Positions 1-10,655 of a stretch of 64,000 nucleotides of DNA are shown piece after piece. Source of the DNA: a virus; IMG/VR virus record IMGVR_UViG_3300032782_000006, positions 13,568 through 77,567 of that record. One strand, 5' to 3'. The notes under the pieces were generated by a model that had not been told where the DNA came from, made no database searches, and was given only the letters and a program-made list of their open reading frames with translations. The position numbers and the translations under genes were made by a program. Position 1 is the stretch's first letter; every line of letters starts with the position of its first letter.

Positions 1-298
1 TAACTCCCTGTAACTCAGTATCTAGAGTAGTCCCGATTTTTTCCCCCACACCAGAAAAAGATGAAGTAAGTTCTTCAGACGCTTCTTTCCCAAACTCTTC
101 AAACTTTAATTTGGCAGAATCTAGAGCAGTTGTTAACGAAGTAGAGAAACTTTCCCCTACTTCTCTCATTTTGGTCTCGATACTCTCAAGAGATGCGTTA
201 ATTTTTTCAGTGTCTTCCGGTATCGTACTTTTTAGGCCTACGGTAGCGTATATACCGCCTACAAACTGCCCTTCTTCTCCTGCCATCGTTTTTACCAT
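1..298 (-). CDS. Tape measure protein, N-terminal part (runs off left edge)
   Basis: Frame open from ATG 298 (or 286) to the edge: MVKTMAGEEGQFVGGIYATVGLKSTIPEDTEKINASLESIETKMREV..., helical composition. Directly follows the tail assembly chaperone genes. Confidence 0.8.
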   Translation of the reverse strand, partial: MVKTMAGEEGQFVGGIYATVGLKSTIPEDTEKINASLESIETKMREVGESFSTSLTTALDSAKLKFEEFGKEASEELTSSFSGVGEKIGTTLDTELQGV

Positions 299-301
299 CC
301 A

Positions 302-751
302 TTATGGATTTGGTTGATTTTGATTTATATCTACTACTTGCCCCCCTAATGCTTGATTTGCTGCCATCACTTCAGCCCATATTTGGTCAACTGTTCTTTT
401 CTTTGGTTTTGGTATCATAGATTCCGGCAAGAAATCTTCAATATCATACCCATGATCTGAATTCCGTTTTGTGACCCCATGGACATTACATATTAATGCA
501 AGAAGTTGGGCTTGGCGATAAACCTTGACTTCTTCTCGTTTCATTGCTGCTGTTATCATGATCTCCGTTTCTGCCGGAGTATACTTCCAAAACTCGATAG
601 GATCGATTTCGCAGAACCGAAACATGTTTCGCTGTGCGTTTTCGATCAGTTCTTTGACGGTTTGCGGCTTCTTGATTTGGTCGGAGTCTTCACTATTTCC
701 ACTTCCTCCTCCTCCTCCTCCTCCTCCTCCATATCCTGAACTTCCCCCGTA
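302..751 (-). CDS. Tail assembly chaperone, frameshifted (G-T type) C-terminal frame
   Basis: The frame of ORF 302..625 (FWKYTPAE motif) stays open upstream to 751, just past GGGGGAA at 748-742. Lies between the chaperone and tape measure genes. Confidence 0.75.
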   Translation of the reverse strand, partial: YGGSSGYGGGGGGGGGSGNSEDSDQIKKPQTVKELIENAQRNMFRFCEIDPIEFWKYTPAETEIMITAAMKREEVKVYRQAQLLALICNVHGVTKRNSDHGYDIEDFLPESMIPKPKKRTVDQIWAEVMAANQALGGQVVDINQNQPNP

Positions 752-1074
752 TCATCCCCCTGATAGTCTTGAGGTGCCGAAATGATTCCAGAAGCAAGCA
801 ATGCTTTGCCAACAACATCTGATAATTCAGCTATGGAATGTCCTTCTAGATACCCATCCATAATCTGGAACATATCTTGATCAGTCAGATTAGGGAATTT
901 GTGAAGAAGTCCAGCCCACAAAATTTTTCTTAAGTGTTTAGGTCCAATCTCTGAAATTATTCTGTCGAAATCTGAGAAAGCTGGGGTATCCAATGCATCT
1001 GTCAAAGCCTCTAACCCACCCCATCCATACCGGAGTGTGTAGTCTCCATAAAACTTTACTTCTTTTGAAACCAT
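646..1074 (-). CDS. Tail assembly chaperone
   Basis: TLRYGWGGLEAL...LRKILWAGL pattern, downstream of the tail tube gene. Probable start is ATG 1074, after the GGAGATTGTACCAC leader. Confidence 0.75.
   Translation of the reverse strand: MVSKEVKFYGDYTLRYGWGGLEALTDALDTPAFSDFDRIISEIGPKHLRKILWAGLLHKFPNLTDQDMFQIMDGYLEGHSIAELSDVVGKALLASGIISAPQDYQGDDTGEVQDMEEEEEEEEEVEIVKTPTKSRSRKPSKN
704..730 (-). repeat. (GGA)9 microsatellite, dual-coding poly-Glu / poly-Gly
   Basis: tcc x9 on the plus strand. Confidence 0.9.
742..748 (-). promoter_or_regulatory. Programmed -1 frameshift slippery site GGGGGAA
   Basis: ACG GGG GAA in the chaperone gene. The -1 frame opens just after a TGA at 754-752. Same heptamer as mycobacteriophage L5-type chaperone frameshifts. 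Confidence 0.75.
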
Positions 1075-1088
1075 GTGGTACAATCTCC
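1075..1088 (-). promoter_or_regulatory. Conserved leader GGAGATTGTACCAC (representative copy)
   Basis: Exact copies at 1075, 2552, 22410, 25026, 63349 (minus) and 50718 (plus); variants at 2094, 2575, 40173, 63369 and 47528. Confidence 0.9.
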
Positions 1089-1240
1089 ATTTTTTAAGTC
1101 TTATATTTGGTTTTCAGACACCAGTTTTTTCTAATGTCTGTCAACCAAAGTATAAGTGCTTCTGTTATTTAATTACGATGTAGAGACATTATCCGTTTTT
1201 TTGCAGAAGCAAGCGTTTTTCATAACTCAAACTATAGCCA

Positions 1241-2092
1241 TCAGGTTAGGGAGTACATACTGAAATAATATATGGCGGGAGAATATGTCGCACATGATAT
1301 CATTACAGCCAAGTTGACTACACTTGATGTAGCGAGTACTAAAGCAGTCTGTGGCAAAACTGGAGTGGATCCTGAGTTCAAGGTAGCTGTATAGGGGCTT
1401 GAAGATCCAGTAAATGCAACGGTCAACGAGTTATTAACTACACCTGTCTGATTAGTAAATAAAGAACAGGTGACCGTAAGAGTACAGTTCGGTACAGTTG
1501 AGCTGGCAACTATAGAGGTAATAGGATGTGTTCCTCCTCCAGCCGCGAATGTAGCAACATACGTTCCACCGCTTGTAGTTCCAGTAGTTAGGGCTGGAAT
1601 CGTAGTCGCAACTGGTGTGAACACAATTGGTGTTGCAGCCATTGGGACTACAAGGGTAGACAATGTTGGAGGTCCAGTGATTTTTACAACTGCAGTGAAC
1701 TGAATCAAATCTTTTTTGACTTCAGTTGTAAATGATTTCAACAGACCGTAGTAAGACCAGCTAGCACCGTTCGGGAATAGGATGGTATACAAGTTGATAG
1801 TCTGGTTGATAGATGCATTGTAAAGAGCCTGTTGACCTGGATCTGTGGCAACATAGTTCCCGGTCATTGTTGCATCTCTACCGTTTCTTCGACCAGGTTT
1901 CCATTCTTTATAGATACCGGAATCCTGGTTGGTAACATCGATTTCGGCAGTGTCCATCAAAGGAACTGGGACTCCAGTATCTTCAACTTCTGCAATATGT
2001 GTGCCGTCTATCGATATTAAAATGTTCTTTGCAACAGTCGCCTGACTGCCTGCATAGGTGGATATTAACCCACCAAACTGATTTGTAGCCAT
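1241..2092 (-). CDS. Major tail (tube) protein with C-terminal Ig-like extension
   Basis: EIDVTNQDSGIYKEWKPG...GNYVATDPGQQAL...FPNG...VKITGPPT resembles TP901-1/lambda-type tube proteins; Thr/Ser-rich C-terminal domain. Confidence 0.85.
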   Translation of the reverse strand: MATNQFGGLISTYAGSQATVAKNILISIDGTHIAEVEDTGVPVPLMDTAEIDVTNQDSGIYKEWKPGRRNGRDATMTGNYVATDPGQQALYNASINQTINLYTILFPNGASWSYYGLLKSFTTEVKKDLIQFTAVVKITGPPTLSTLVVPMAATPIVFTPVATTIPALTTGTTSGGTYVATFAAGGGTHPITSIVASSTVPNCTLTVTCSLFTNQTGVVNNSLTVAFTGSSSPYTATLNSGSTPVLPQTALVLATSSVVNLAVMISCATYSPAIYYFSMYSLT

Positions 2093-2161
2093 TGTAGTAC
2101 AATCTCCGTTTTATTTGTTTTTTAAACGTCTGGATTACCGTTTTTAAGACGTTATCGTTTT

Positions 2162-2551
2162 TTAATAAATACCGTAATCCCTAAACAGCAAGGTAAAATC
2201 ACAGGTATATTGATACGTGCCTGCTGTAGTTCTTCCGATATATCTAGGGGGAGTATGCGCACGGATCCTACCAAAGTAAGTATCTCCGATAACCGTGTTA
2301 TTGATCTCCCTAATTTTTAAATAAATTTCTAACAGTTGTGAAAATCCGGTTTGTGCGTCTTGATTCCGCACGAATACCTGGACATCAGAGTGAATAAGCT
2401 CGTGTTCCATAGTCACGAGATTATGGAGTTCAGCGCCCCCATACGGATTTAGAGCGATTCCATTAGGAGAACTATCGTCAAGACCCATATAATAAATATC
2501 AGGGAACCCTATAGATTTGATTAGACTCCCAAAATCGTCTAAATACGTCAT
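2162..2551 (-). CDS. Tail terminator / tail completion protein
   Basis: Immediately upstream of the tube gene; VQVFVR...YTCDF pattern. ATG 2551 follows the leader motif. Confidence 0.65.
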   Translation of the reverse strand: MTYLDDFGSLIKSIGFPDIYYMGLDDSSPNGIALNPYGGAELHNLVTMEHELIHSDVQVFVRNQDAQTGFSQLLEIYLKIREINNTVIGDTYFGRIRAHTPPRYIGRTTAGTYQYTCDFTLLFRDYGIY

Positions 2552-2616
2552 GTGGTACAATCTCCGTTTTTAGTGTGGTACAATCTCTATTTTTAGTGTA
2601 AGTGAGGACGGTATGT

Positions 2617-2970
2617 CTAAATGAATGTTTGCGCTACTTTCAATTTTTCTATAAACTGTGGTGCAAGTTCGGTCAGTGGAATTTGTAGATATTTCCAGGA
2701 TGCAGATGCTGGATTGCTATGAGGTTTTGGTTGTTCATGAACCCAAATTGCATAATGAATCGAGTAGGATAACACCGCTTTATATTCGATTACTTCATCA
2801 TGAGCAGATACGCTACCCGACTCTTTTAGTTTGCCAGTGAGGACTGGGACATACTTGTTTTGAGAAAGAGCCATTGTTTCTTTAGCATGTTCTAGTGTGG
2901 CAGCTTTTAACCTCTCTTCTAAAGCAAGTGCAATCACTCCCAACCGTTCAACACATTCTGAAGCGGTCAT
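2617..2970 (-). CDS. HK97 gp10-like neck / tail completion protein
   Basis: VPVLTGKLKESG...YAIWVHE...KYL motif. Confidence 0.75.
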   Translation of the reverse strand: MTASECVERLGVIALALEERLKAATLEHAKETMALSQNKYVPVLTGKLKESGSVSAHDEVIEYKAVLSYSIHYAIWVHEQPKPHSNPASASWKYLQIPLTELAPQFIEKLKVAQTFI

Positions 2971-3308
2971 TTCATATCCTCTCTGGGTTTCTGTTTACCG
3001 AAGTAGACGTTGTAGTAATGGACTATATCGCGTCTATAATCATGAGCGCAAGATACAAACCGAATAAAATTTGTGTTTCCGTTAAACGTGATCCTATCGT
3101 CTGGTTGAGGTTCGTAATTGTTTGGCAAAAGTACTCGAGCAGTATACTCCGTCTCTTCGTTAGGCCGGTTTCGGAAAGTCTTACTCGCATCATCTACAAT
3201 AGCTGGGATTGTAACCGGAGCTTGATAGATAGGTCTATGATACTCATCTTTCCCAACACATTTTTCGAGAATCACTTTGTGAGTAAATAACATCCTCATT
3301 GAATTCAC
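2967..3308 (-). CDS. Head closure (stopper) protein
   Basis: GKDEYHRPIY...DRITFNG pattern, size and position. Confidence 0.65.
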   Translation of the reverse strand: MNSMRMLFTHKVILEKCVGKDEYHRPIYQAPVTIPAIVDDASKTFRNRPNEETEYTARVLLPNNYEPQPDDRITFNGNTNFIRFVSCAHDYRRDIVHYYNVYFGKQKPREDMK

Positions 3309-3826
3309 CAGCTATACAGTCTCCGTCTAATCATTTGATCAGGTAACACCTGGTTCCAGATCTCGTGTTCTTCGGCTTTTTGAACGTTATGAGTTCCGAA
3401 TTTTCGACTCATACCAAACTCTTCAGATCTGATTCTATCCGCAGCCATAGAAGTCATCCTGGAATCGGATCTTTCCATTCCTCCCCAAAGTGGGACAAAC
3501 ACGGCACAATATTGTTTTGCCATATCATACCATTGAGTTGACCCCGCCCCGTCTTTGAACTCCCATCTATGATCTTCAATTTGTTCAAATCTGATATTAG
3601 CTTCTTTGTTTACCAACTCAAATTTGTCTAGCGCAAGCAATATCCACAGATATTGAAGCCCATATCCCTGATACCCAGGGTTCATATTTGCAAGTTCGTC
3701 AGACGATATGTTTTTGAGAATCACAAGTTGTTCTGGGGTGATATCTCCGTCTGGTCCTACTTTATAAGAGGAAATTGATTCGATTATTTGAGCATCCGTC
3801 ATATTGGTCATGATAGAGACTCCCAA
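3305..3826 (-). CDS. Head-tail adaptor protein
   Basis: Position upstream of the head closure gene; overlapping gene junctions. Real start probably ATG near 3811. Confidence 0.5.
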   Translation of the reverse strand: MGVSIMTNMTDAQIIESISSYKVGPDGDITPEQLVILKNISSDELANMNPGYQGYGLQYLWILLALDKFELVNKEANIRFEQIEDHRWEFKDGAGSTQWYDMAKQYCAVFVPLWGGMERSDSRMTSMAADRIRSEEFGMSRKFGTHNVQKAEEHEIWNQVLPDQMIRRRLYSW

Positions 3827-4155
3827 ACCATAACTTTCAGGTATCCTCCATCTGAAGGGAAGGTAGTCTGTGCAGAATCTTGCATGACTAAAAACTGACC
3901 ACTAAACTGACCTGGCACACTAGTATGAGTGGGATCAAACGGAATTGTTATTCCTCCATCTTTAGCTTTGACATCGTTACCATCTGGAGTAGTAGCGTCT
4001 TTGGTGCATGGAATCGAGTACAACACTCCGGCTGAATTGTTCATCACAAATGTAATATCCGCATCTGCTAAGTTAGCACCTACATCCTGAGCTTTTAGAA
4101 TCACTGCTATATCATTTGTGTCCCCCTGATTTAAATTTATGTCATAAGTTGTCAT
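3808..4155 (-). CDS. BppU-N-like Ig-fold virion protein
   Basis: INLNQGDT...ADITFVM...GQFSGQF...TFPSDGGYL pattern. Confidence 0.6.
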   Translation of the reverse strand: MTTYDINLNQGDTNDIAVILKAQDVGANLADADITFVMNNSAGVLYSIPCTKDATTPDGNDVKAKDGGITIPFDPTHTSVPGQFSGQFLVMQDSAQTTFPSDGGYLKVMVWESLS

Positions 4156-7100
4156 AGGATTTCCACCGTCCGAGATGAATTATAAACTGTATAAGATCTT
4201 TGTAATTCTGATACATATACTGTTTTTTGAGTGGTATAAATAGAAAATGATCGATGTATTGTAGAAACTTCTACTGTTTTTGGAATTGAATAAATTAAAA
4301 CTGTAAGAGGCTCAATATATTTTATATGTTTCCAAGTAAAACGAGCACTAGAAATACCAGATCCTAACCCTGATCCAGATATGTAACAAATTTCAGTGAC
4401 GTAACTAGTTTCAGTTCCAACTCCAGATACTACACTATGGAAAGGAGTAGTAATCTCAGCATCTGAAACTGAAGATCCTTGACCGTCACAAATACTTGTT
4501 ACAGAATCTAAAATTGATCCTAATCCAGAACTAGACCCGTACCCTTCAACTGAACTATATATAAAAGTAGAATTTGTGAGGATAGAAGTTTCTGATCCAG
4601 ATCCTGAGTCTGTACTAGATACAAACTTGATCAAAGTTGGAGTTGCAGTAGCTGAACCAGATCCAGATTTGGAACTTGAGATATGATCAAATATAGATTC
4701 AGTTGCAGTTTCTGATCCAGACCCAGTCACCGTACTTGAAATCGGCTTTAAAATAATCAGATCAGCAGTTTCAGAACCCTGACCAAGCGAGGAACTGTCG
4801 ATATGATCAAATAAGGATATGGTTGCTGACGCAGATCCAGTACCTAATTCAGTACTGTAAACTTCTTCTCCAGCCGCAGAACTTGTACTAGAATACCCAT
4901 ACCCGTAAACTGTACTCACTAAATAATCAAAAAGGTAATCAGTTGCAGTTGAAGACCCTATACTTGACGAAACTGAACTGGTTAAAGATAAGAATAAAAG
5001 ATTGTCCGCTGTTGATGAACCAGATCCTGTTACAGAACTAGAAACCGTTACAAGTATGTAACTAAAACTTGTTACACTCCCAGTCCCAGATTCAGAACTG
5101 TCGAGGTAATCAATTAGATAGTCATCTGCTACAACGCTCCCAGGGCCCCCTAGAGCCTCGCTGACAAGAGCTAGGATACCGAGCACATTACAGGTCGCAT
5201 ATCCTATCCCTGAGTCAATGGTGCTCGTGAGAGATAGGTATAAAGTATTGTTAGAAGTGGATGACCCCGTCCCAGATTCAGAACTGGAAAGGATTTCAAA
5301 AATGTAATCATTTGCTGTTACATCTCCAGATCCAGAGGTCAAACTATCTAACTGATCAAATAAATATCCAGTTGAGTTTGAAGATCCAATCCCGTCATAA
5401 GAAGTGCTAGTAATTGGGAGAAGTATGGAATTGGAACAAGATTCACTTCCTACCCCATCTGAACAAGTACTGGACAAATACTCAAAAATGTAACAATTTA
5501 CTGTTACAGATCCTGACCCAGATCCTGAACTATCTATTGCTAAGTATAAAGTATTTGTAGCAGTTGACGATCCTGAGCCGGTAGAGGAACTTTCAAGATA
5601 ATCAAACAGGTAATCATCAGCAGTTGCAGAACCGACTCCGACTTCATAACTATAAATTGCGTTTTGAGATTCACCACTTGTAGAAGAATACCCTGAACCA
5701 AACACATAACTTTCAAGGTAATCAAACAAGTAATCATCAGATGTTACAGACCCTGCACCATCAGTACATGAACTTGAGACCGGAATCCCAAGGAAATTAG
5801 TAGCTGTGACACTCCCAGATCCAGACGACTCTGAAGAGATCGAGAGTTGTAAAGTATTATCAGCTGTAAAATCTCCAGAACCAGACGACGTACTCTCTAA
5901 TATATCAAACAAATAATCGTATGCTGAAGATTCACTCGAACTACTTACCAAACTTGTGATATATTCTAGAATATAAGCTATTGCTGAAGAGTCACCTGAT
6001 CCAGATACTACACTTGAAACTAAACTGGATTGAGCAGTTCCAGACCCTGATACAGAACTATCTAAATAATCAAATAGATAATCATCGGCAGTACTGCTCC
6101 CAGAACCAGTTACTATACTTGAATATGGATTTAGAGATGAATCCCCATATCCAGATACCGAACTGTCAATTGCAATGTTCAGAGTATTATCTGCTAAAGA
6201 ACTTCCAGATCCGTCACATATACTGTTGACAGGATTTGCAGTTGAAGACCCCAATCCTGAGACCGAACTATCAATGATTACTAATAAAATAAGATTTACA
6301 GTTGAAGACCCTGAGCCGATTTCTGAACTGAATACCATATCGTCTGTAATTTCTGTTGTAGACGAAATTCCAGTTCCAGATACTGAACTGTCTATGTAAT
6401 CGAAGATGTAATCATTTGCAGTTACATCTCCAAAACCATCAGTACAAGAACTGGATATTGCGAGATTCAATGAATTAGTTGCTGTAAATGACCCTGAGCC
6501 TGAGACTAAACTATCTATAAACTCAAATACATAATTTGTACAAGTGGTATCTCCAGATCCAGATACTTGACTATCTATATTATCAAAAATGTAATCATTT
6601 GCTGTTACAGATCCTACGCTATCTGAACAGGTGCTTGATAAATCAACAGTAGTACTACCACTAGAAATTGTAAGATTTGCAGTGGAATCTCCAGCTCCGT
6701 CCGAACAAATACTCGATAATAATACAAAATTAAGAGTAGTATTACTAGCAGTAGAATCTCCTGTCCCATCTGAGCAAGTGCTGGAGATTGAGATTTGAAG
6801 AGTATTATTTGCAGTAGAATCTCCAGATCCAGAAACAAGACTTGATGATACAGGTCTAAACCGTATTGTAGAAATAAATCTACCGTCTACTCCTTGTGAA
6901 TTACCATCATTTGAACAAAGTCGACCCTGGATTGTAATAGAACCTGCGGAAATAGATTGACCATAAGCAATGAATAGACCGCAATGACTACCTGGACTAC
7001 AACTCTTTGAAATCACTACATCTGATGAATATATATTAAATCCATAACCTATACCCACAGAAGTTGACATACTAGTTGTAGAAATAGTAGTCCCAAGTAC

Positions 7101-10100
7101 TAATAACTCAGAAGTAGTTCCCGCTGATGAAACATTAATTGTAGCAGCAGTATCATTTACTAACGATGTACTCGAGGTAGTTACATGGCTGGACCCATCT
7201 GATAAAGAGTATAACGAAGTATAAGACGAATTCAAAAACAATATACCTAATACACTTCTACTAATAGTGACTGTTGACCCACTTGGAGATGAAAACGAAC
7301 CCGCGAATTGTGTAGTAGAAGATACTGATTGAGCAACAGCACTACATCCAGACGACGCATAGGCAGATCCATAAGGAACAGAATATGTATATGCTTGGGG
7401 GGAGCTCCCGCCAATTGAAATTCCAGTATAGGTTCCTGATGATGATTCTGTTGCAGTATTTAGGTTAGTTGAAGCATATATGGCAAGTGCAATACAGGAA
7501 GATGGGGGAACAATATTAGTATTTGCATATTGGTCAAATACATATGATGAACTCGTCGTAGTTTGAGATGTTTGATTATCAAGATAATAGAAATTAGCCC
7601 CATCAAAAATGTAGATTAATAATGTCCGGTTGCTAATTGTCGTTGTTTGTCCATTAGTAATAGCTGCAATATATCCTGATATTGTGTGAGACCCTGCATC
7701 TAATGACCCTATCCAATATGATGTGTTACGATTTGCAGCAGTATTAGAAAATGAACTATTATTCATTAAACAATAATTTGTAGAGTCTACATTAATTGCA
7801 GATTGAAATCCACGATTATATCCAGTGTCACCAGGATTACTATTAGCAGTATAAATCGCTAAAATAGTTTGAGTTTGAGTAAGAGTAAATGTTTGAGTGG
7901 CAGGAGTATCAATTGCTAAAGTAGAACTAGTTGTAGTTTTAGTAGTAGTACTTTGGACTACATATTTATTACTAAATGTGAGTAATGACCCCTGTAATGA
8001 TAATCCACATCCCGCTGTTGTAGTTCCCGCTCCATCTGAGCAAGTACTTGAAATATCAAACGGCCCAGTTAAATAACCAATCGCAGTTGCGCTTCCCACT
8101 CCATCAGAACATGTACTTAACAATGGAACTGTATTCGAATTGAACCAAATTGCCTGCATTATGCTGTTGTTTTTCGAAGCATTGCTGCCAGTATGGTTTG
8201 AGCATATTCTACCATTAATAGTATGAGATGCTGCGGGGACATAAGATGCGTATGCTACAAATTCTCCGCAGATATCGTCCCCCATATTTGAATATGCTAC
8301 GTCTTGATTATCAAGATTGATACCATATTTAATACCATATGCAGTATTTGAAGGGGATTGATTATCATCAGAATATGTACCCGATAATACAAGCAATTGG
8401 CACATTGTGCCACTAACGGTTCTTGAAATTTGGACTGAAGTATCATTTACAAAACTAGTACTCGTTGTTGCAAATGTAGTACTATTATCTACAGAGTCTA
8501 CCGCACAATTATTAGGATCAAAAAACAATACGCCTAATACACTTCGGTTAATTGTAACTGTAGTCCCATTAGTAAACGCTTCTATTTGACCTTTATATGT
8601 TTTACTACCAGAAACTCCAGTTAAAGCATAACTCACACAGACCGAAGTGGGATAATTATTAGTAGATGGGGAATTACACGAATAAGCATGAGTAGGATAA
8701 GTAGTGCCACCCACATTTATCGATATAGCAATACCCGTAGTGTCTTCAGTGGCATTATAATTATTAGATACTGCATATAATATTAATGCTGTACAACTTG
8801 CGGATGGCGCTTTCGTCACAGTTGCATGAGTATCAGCAACCCAACTACTCCCATTTGAAGTTGATTGCGAAGTAGAATTATCAACATAAGAAACTTCATT
8901 CCCATCAAAAATAAGTATGACTAATGTACGATTATGGATTGTAGCAGTGTTCGTAGTCCCTGTAATCGCTGCAAATTGACCTGAGATAGTATGTGATCCC
9001 GCAGCTAAAAGTCCACAATAATAACTAGTATTACAATTTGCATAATTTGCTTGAGTAGGACTACACTTCATTATACAATAATTTGTAGAGTCTACGTTAA
9101 TTGCAATCTGAGTTCCATATACGGCTTCAGTATCTCCATGATCATTATTTGCGGAATATATAGCTAATACTGTTTGGGGTTTGGTTAAAGTAAAAGTTTG
9201 AGACGCATACGTATCTGTACCTAATGTGGTACTTGTGGAAGTAATAACTGTAGAATTTTGGATAACATATTGACTATTAAATGTCAGCAGAGATCCAGGT
9301 GATAAATTTGCAGTTATAGATCCCGCACCATCTGAACATGTACTAATAATAAATTCTGGCCCTAAGACAATCTCATTAGCAGTTGAGCCCCCTGTCCCAT
9401 CTGAGCAAGTACTCGTCAAATAATTTGAAACGGATACCGTAGAAGTTCCAGCCCCGTCTGAGCAAGTACTTGCTATGAATACCGCTGGAACCATCCAGAG
9501 AGCGCCTAATACACGCTCATCAATGTTATTTGCATTGGCTGCTGTATTTTCGGCTTGCTGACCATAAATCGTATGATCTCCAGCCGTGATTGTAGCACCA
9601 TACGATACAAATACGCTGCATCCGCCGGTTGTTGTTAATTTATCGCTACATCTTGAAACTGCTTGTGGAGATCCTGCACTATCTAAATTTATTCCATACC
9701 CAAATCCAGGTCCAGTAACTCCTGAATCGCTGGCTTTCTGGGTAGCGATTGCAAAGATCAGAGCTTCCGTTTGAGATGAGTTTGTAGTTTTGGATACTGT
9801 AGCATAAGTATCGTTTGCAAAAGTAGTACTTGATGTGGTAGTAGTATGAGTAGTATCACTAGATAAGGAATAATCAGTGTATGTTGGATCTAGATATAAT
9901 ACACCGATAACGGATCGACTTATAGTTACATTAGCTGATGCAATCGATTTATAGTATCCTTGAGTAGTTGTACTGCCGGAAACCGACCCTACAATATAAA
10001 ACGTTGTATTGGAATCAGGATAAGTGCTACCATAAGGACATTGCAACGCTTCACATTGAGTGTATTGAGTGGCTCCTACTTGGATACATATGCCCTTACC

Positions 10101-10655
10101 ACTAGTGGCTTCTGTTGAACTATATGTGTTTGTAGCTGCATATAATGCAAGAAGAGTGCAGCTTGCTGAAGGATTTCTAGTTACAGTTGCATGACTATCA
10201 GCGGTATACGATCCAGAAGCAGTTGATGCAGAAGTAGTATTATCTACAAAATCGTATTCAGTTCCATTGAATACATATATTTCCAATGTACGATTTGTGA
10301 TTGTAATTGTAGTGCTACTCTGTAAACTTGCAACATAACCTGAGATCGTGTGGCTACCATTACTGGGGACTCCAATCCAAAATGTAGAATTGCGGTTGGC
10401 ACTTGTGCTTGAATTTGGGCTATTATTCATTAACGAATAATTTGTAGAGTCTACATGGATTGCAATTTGAGTACCACGGACACCGTTACTATCACTACTA
10501 GTACAATTTGCAGTATAAATCGCAAGAACTACCTGAGATCCATTTACACTAAAGTCCTGCGTAGCTGGAGTATCAAGTGCTAAAGAAGTACTGGTTTTAG
10601 TTACAGTTGATGTGCTTTGTACTACATATTTTGCAGCTAAAGTAAGTAAGGTCAT
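4152..10655 (-). CDS. Very large fibre/adhesin-like virion protein (2167 aa): three ~390-aa domains plus Ser/Gly/Asp-rich ~22-aa repeats
   Basis: Three homologous domains beginning LLT..KYV(V/I)Q, then many SSVSGSGSSTADDYLFDYL-like repeats. Lies in the structural operon. Confidence 0.7.
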   Translation of the reverse strand: MTLLTLAAKYVVQSTSTVTKTSTSLALDTPATQDFSVNGSQVVLAIYTANCTSSDSNGVRGTQIAIHVDSTNYSLMNNSPNSSTSANRNSTFWIGVPSNGSHTISGYVASLQSSTTITITNRTLEIYVFNGTEYDFVDNTTSASTASGSYTADSHATVTRNPSASCTLLALYAATNTYSSTEATSGKGICIQVGATQYTQCEALQCPYGSTYPDSNTTFYIVGSVSGSTTTQGYYKSIASANVTISRSVIGVLYLDPTYTDYSLSSDTTHTTTTSSTTFANDTYATVSKTTNSSQTEALIFAIATQKASDSGVTGPGFGYGINLDSAGSPQAVSRCSDKLTTTGGCSVFVSYGATITAGDHTIYGQQAENTAANANNIDERVLGALWMVPAVFIASTCSDGAGTSTVSVSNYLTSTCSDGTGGSTANEIVLGPEFIISTCSDGAGSITANLSPGSLLTFNSQYVIQNSTVITSTSTTLGTDTYASQTFTLTKPQTVLAIYSANNDHGDTEAVYGTQIAINVDSTNYCIMKCSPTQANYANCNTSYYCGLLAAGSHTISGQFAAITGTTNTATIHNRTLVILIFDGNEVSYVDNSTSQSTSNGSSWVADTHATVTKAPSASCTALILYAVSNNYNATEDTTGIAISINVGGTTYPTHAYSCNSPSTNNYPTSVCVSYALTGVSGSKTYKGQIEAFTNGTTVTINRSVLGVLFFDPNNCAVDSVDNSTTFATTSTSFVNDTSVQISRTVSGTMCQLLVLSGTYSDDNQSPSNTAYGIKYGINLDNQDVAYSNMGDDICGEFVAYASYVPAASHTINGRICSNHTGSNASKNNSIMQAIWFNSNTVPLLSTCSDGVGSATAIGYLTGPFDISSTCSDGAGTTTAGCGLSLQGSLLTFSNKYVVQSTTTKTTTSSTLAIDTPATQTFTLTQTQTILAIYTANSNPGDTGYNRGFQSAINVDSTNYCLMNNSSFSNTAANRNTSYWIGSLDAGSHTISGYIAAITNGQTTTISNRTLLIYIFDGANFYYLDNQTSQTTTSSSYVFDQYANTNIVPPSSCIALAIYASTNLNTATESSSGTYTGISIGGSSPQAYTYSVPYGSAYASSGCSAVAQSVSSTTQFAGSFSSPSGSTVTISRSVLGILFLNSSYTSLYSLSDGSSHVTTSSTSLVNDTAATINVSSAGTTSELLVLGTTISTTSMSTSVGIGYGFNIYSSDVVISKSCSPGSHCGLFIAYGQSISAGSITIQGRLCSNDGNSQGVDGRFISTIRFRPVSSSLVSGSGDSTANNTLQISISSTCSDGTGDSTASNTTLNFVLLSSICSDGAGDSTANLTISSGSTTVDLSSTCSDSVGSVTANDYIFDNIDSQVSGSGDTTCTNYVFEFIDSLVSGSGSFTATNSLNLAISSSCTDGFGDVTANDYIFDYIDSSVSGTGISSTTEITDDMVFSSEIGSGSSTVNLILLVIIDSSVSGLGSSTANPVNSICDGSGSSLADNTLNIAIDSSVSGYGDSSLNPYSSIVTGSGSSTADDYLFDYLDSSVSGSGTAQSSLVSSVVSGSGDSSAIAYILEYITSLVSSSSESSAYDYLFDILESTSSGSGDFTADNTLQLSISSESSGSGSVTATNFLGIPVSSSCTDGAGSVTSDDYLFDYLESYVFGSGYSSTSGESQNAIYSYEVGVGSATADDYLFDYLESSSTGSGSSTATNTLYLAIDSSGSGSGSVTVNCYIFEYLSSTCSDGVGSESCSNSILLPITSTSYDGIGSSNSTGYLFDQLDSLTSGSGDVTANDYIFEILSSSESGTGSSTSNNTLYLSLTSTIDSGIGYATCNVLGILALVSEALGGPGSVVADDYLIDYLDSSESGTGSVTSFSYILVTVSSSVTGSGSSTADNLLFLSLTSSVSSSIGSSTATDYLFDYLVSTVYGYGYSSTSSAAGEEVYSTELGTGSASATISLFDHIDSSSLGQGSETADLIILKPISSTVTGSGSETATESIFDHISSSKSGSGSATATPTLIKFVSSTDSGSGSETSILTNSTFIYSSVEGYGSSSGLGSILDSVTSICDGQGSSVSDAEITTPFHSVVSGVGTETSYVTEICYISGSGLGSGISSARFTWKHIKYIEPLTVLIYSIPKTVEVSTIHRSFSIYTTQKTVYVSELQRSYTVYNSSRTVEIL

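Noticed and set aside
1075-1083. Shared MYHM N-terminal peptide on four proteins
   Set aside because: Artefact of calling TTG within the conserved leader; it leaves no Shine-Dalgarno spacing, and other copies are out of frame with their genes.
2617-2619. Pyrrolysine/amber readthrough of TAG-terminated genes
   Set aside because: TAG-ending genes have family-typical lengths and I saw no conserved domain split by TAG; not tested exhaustively.
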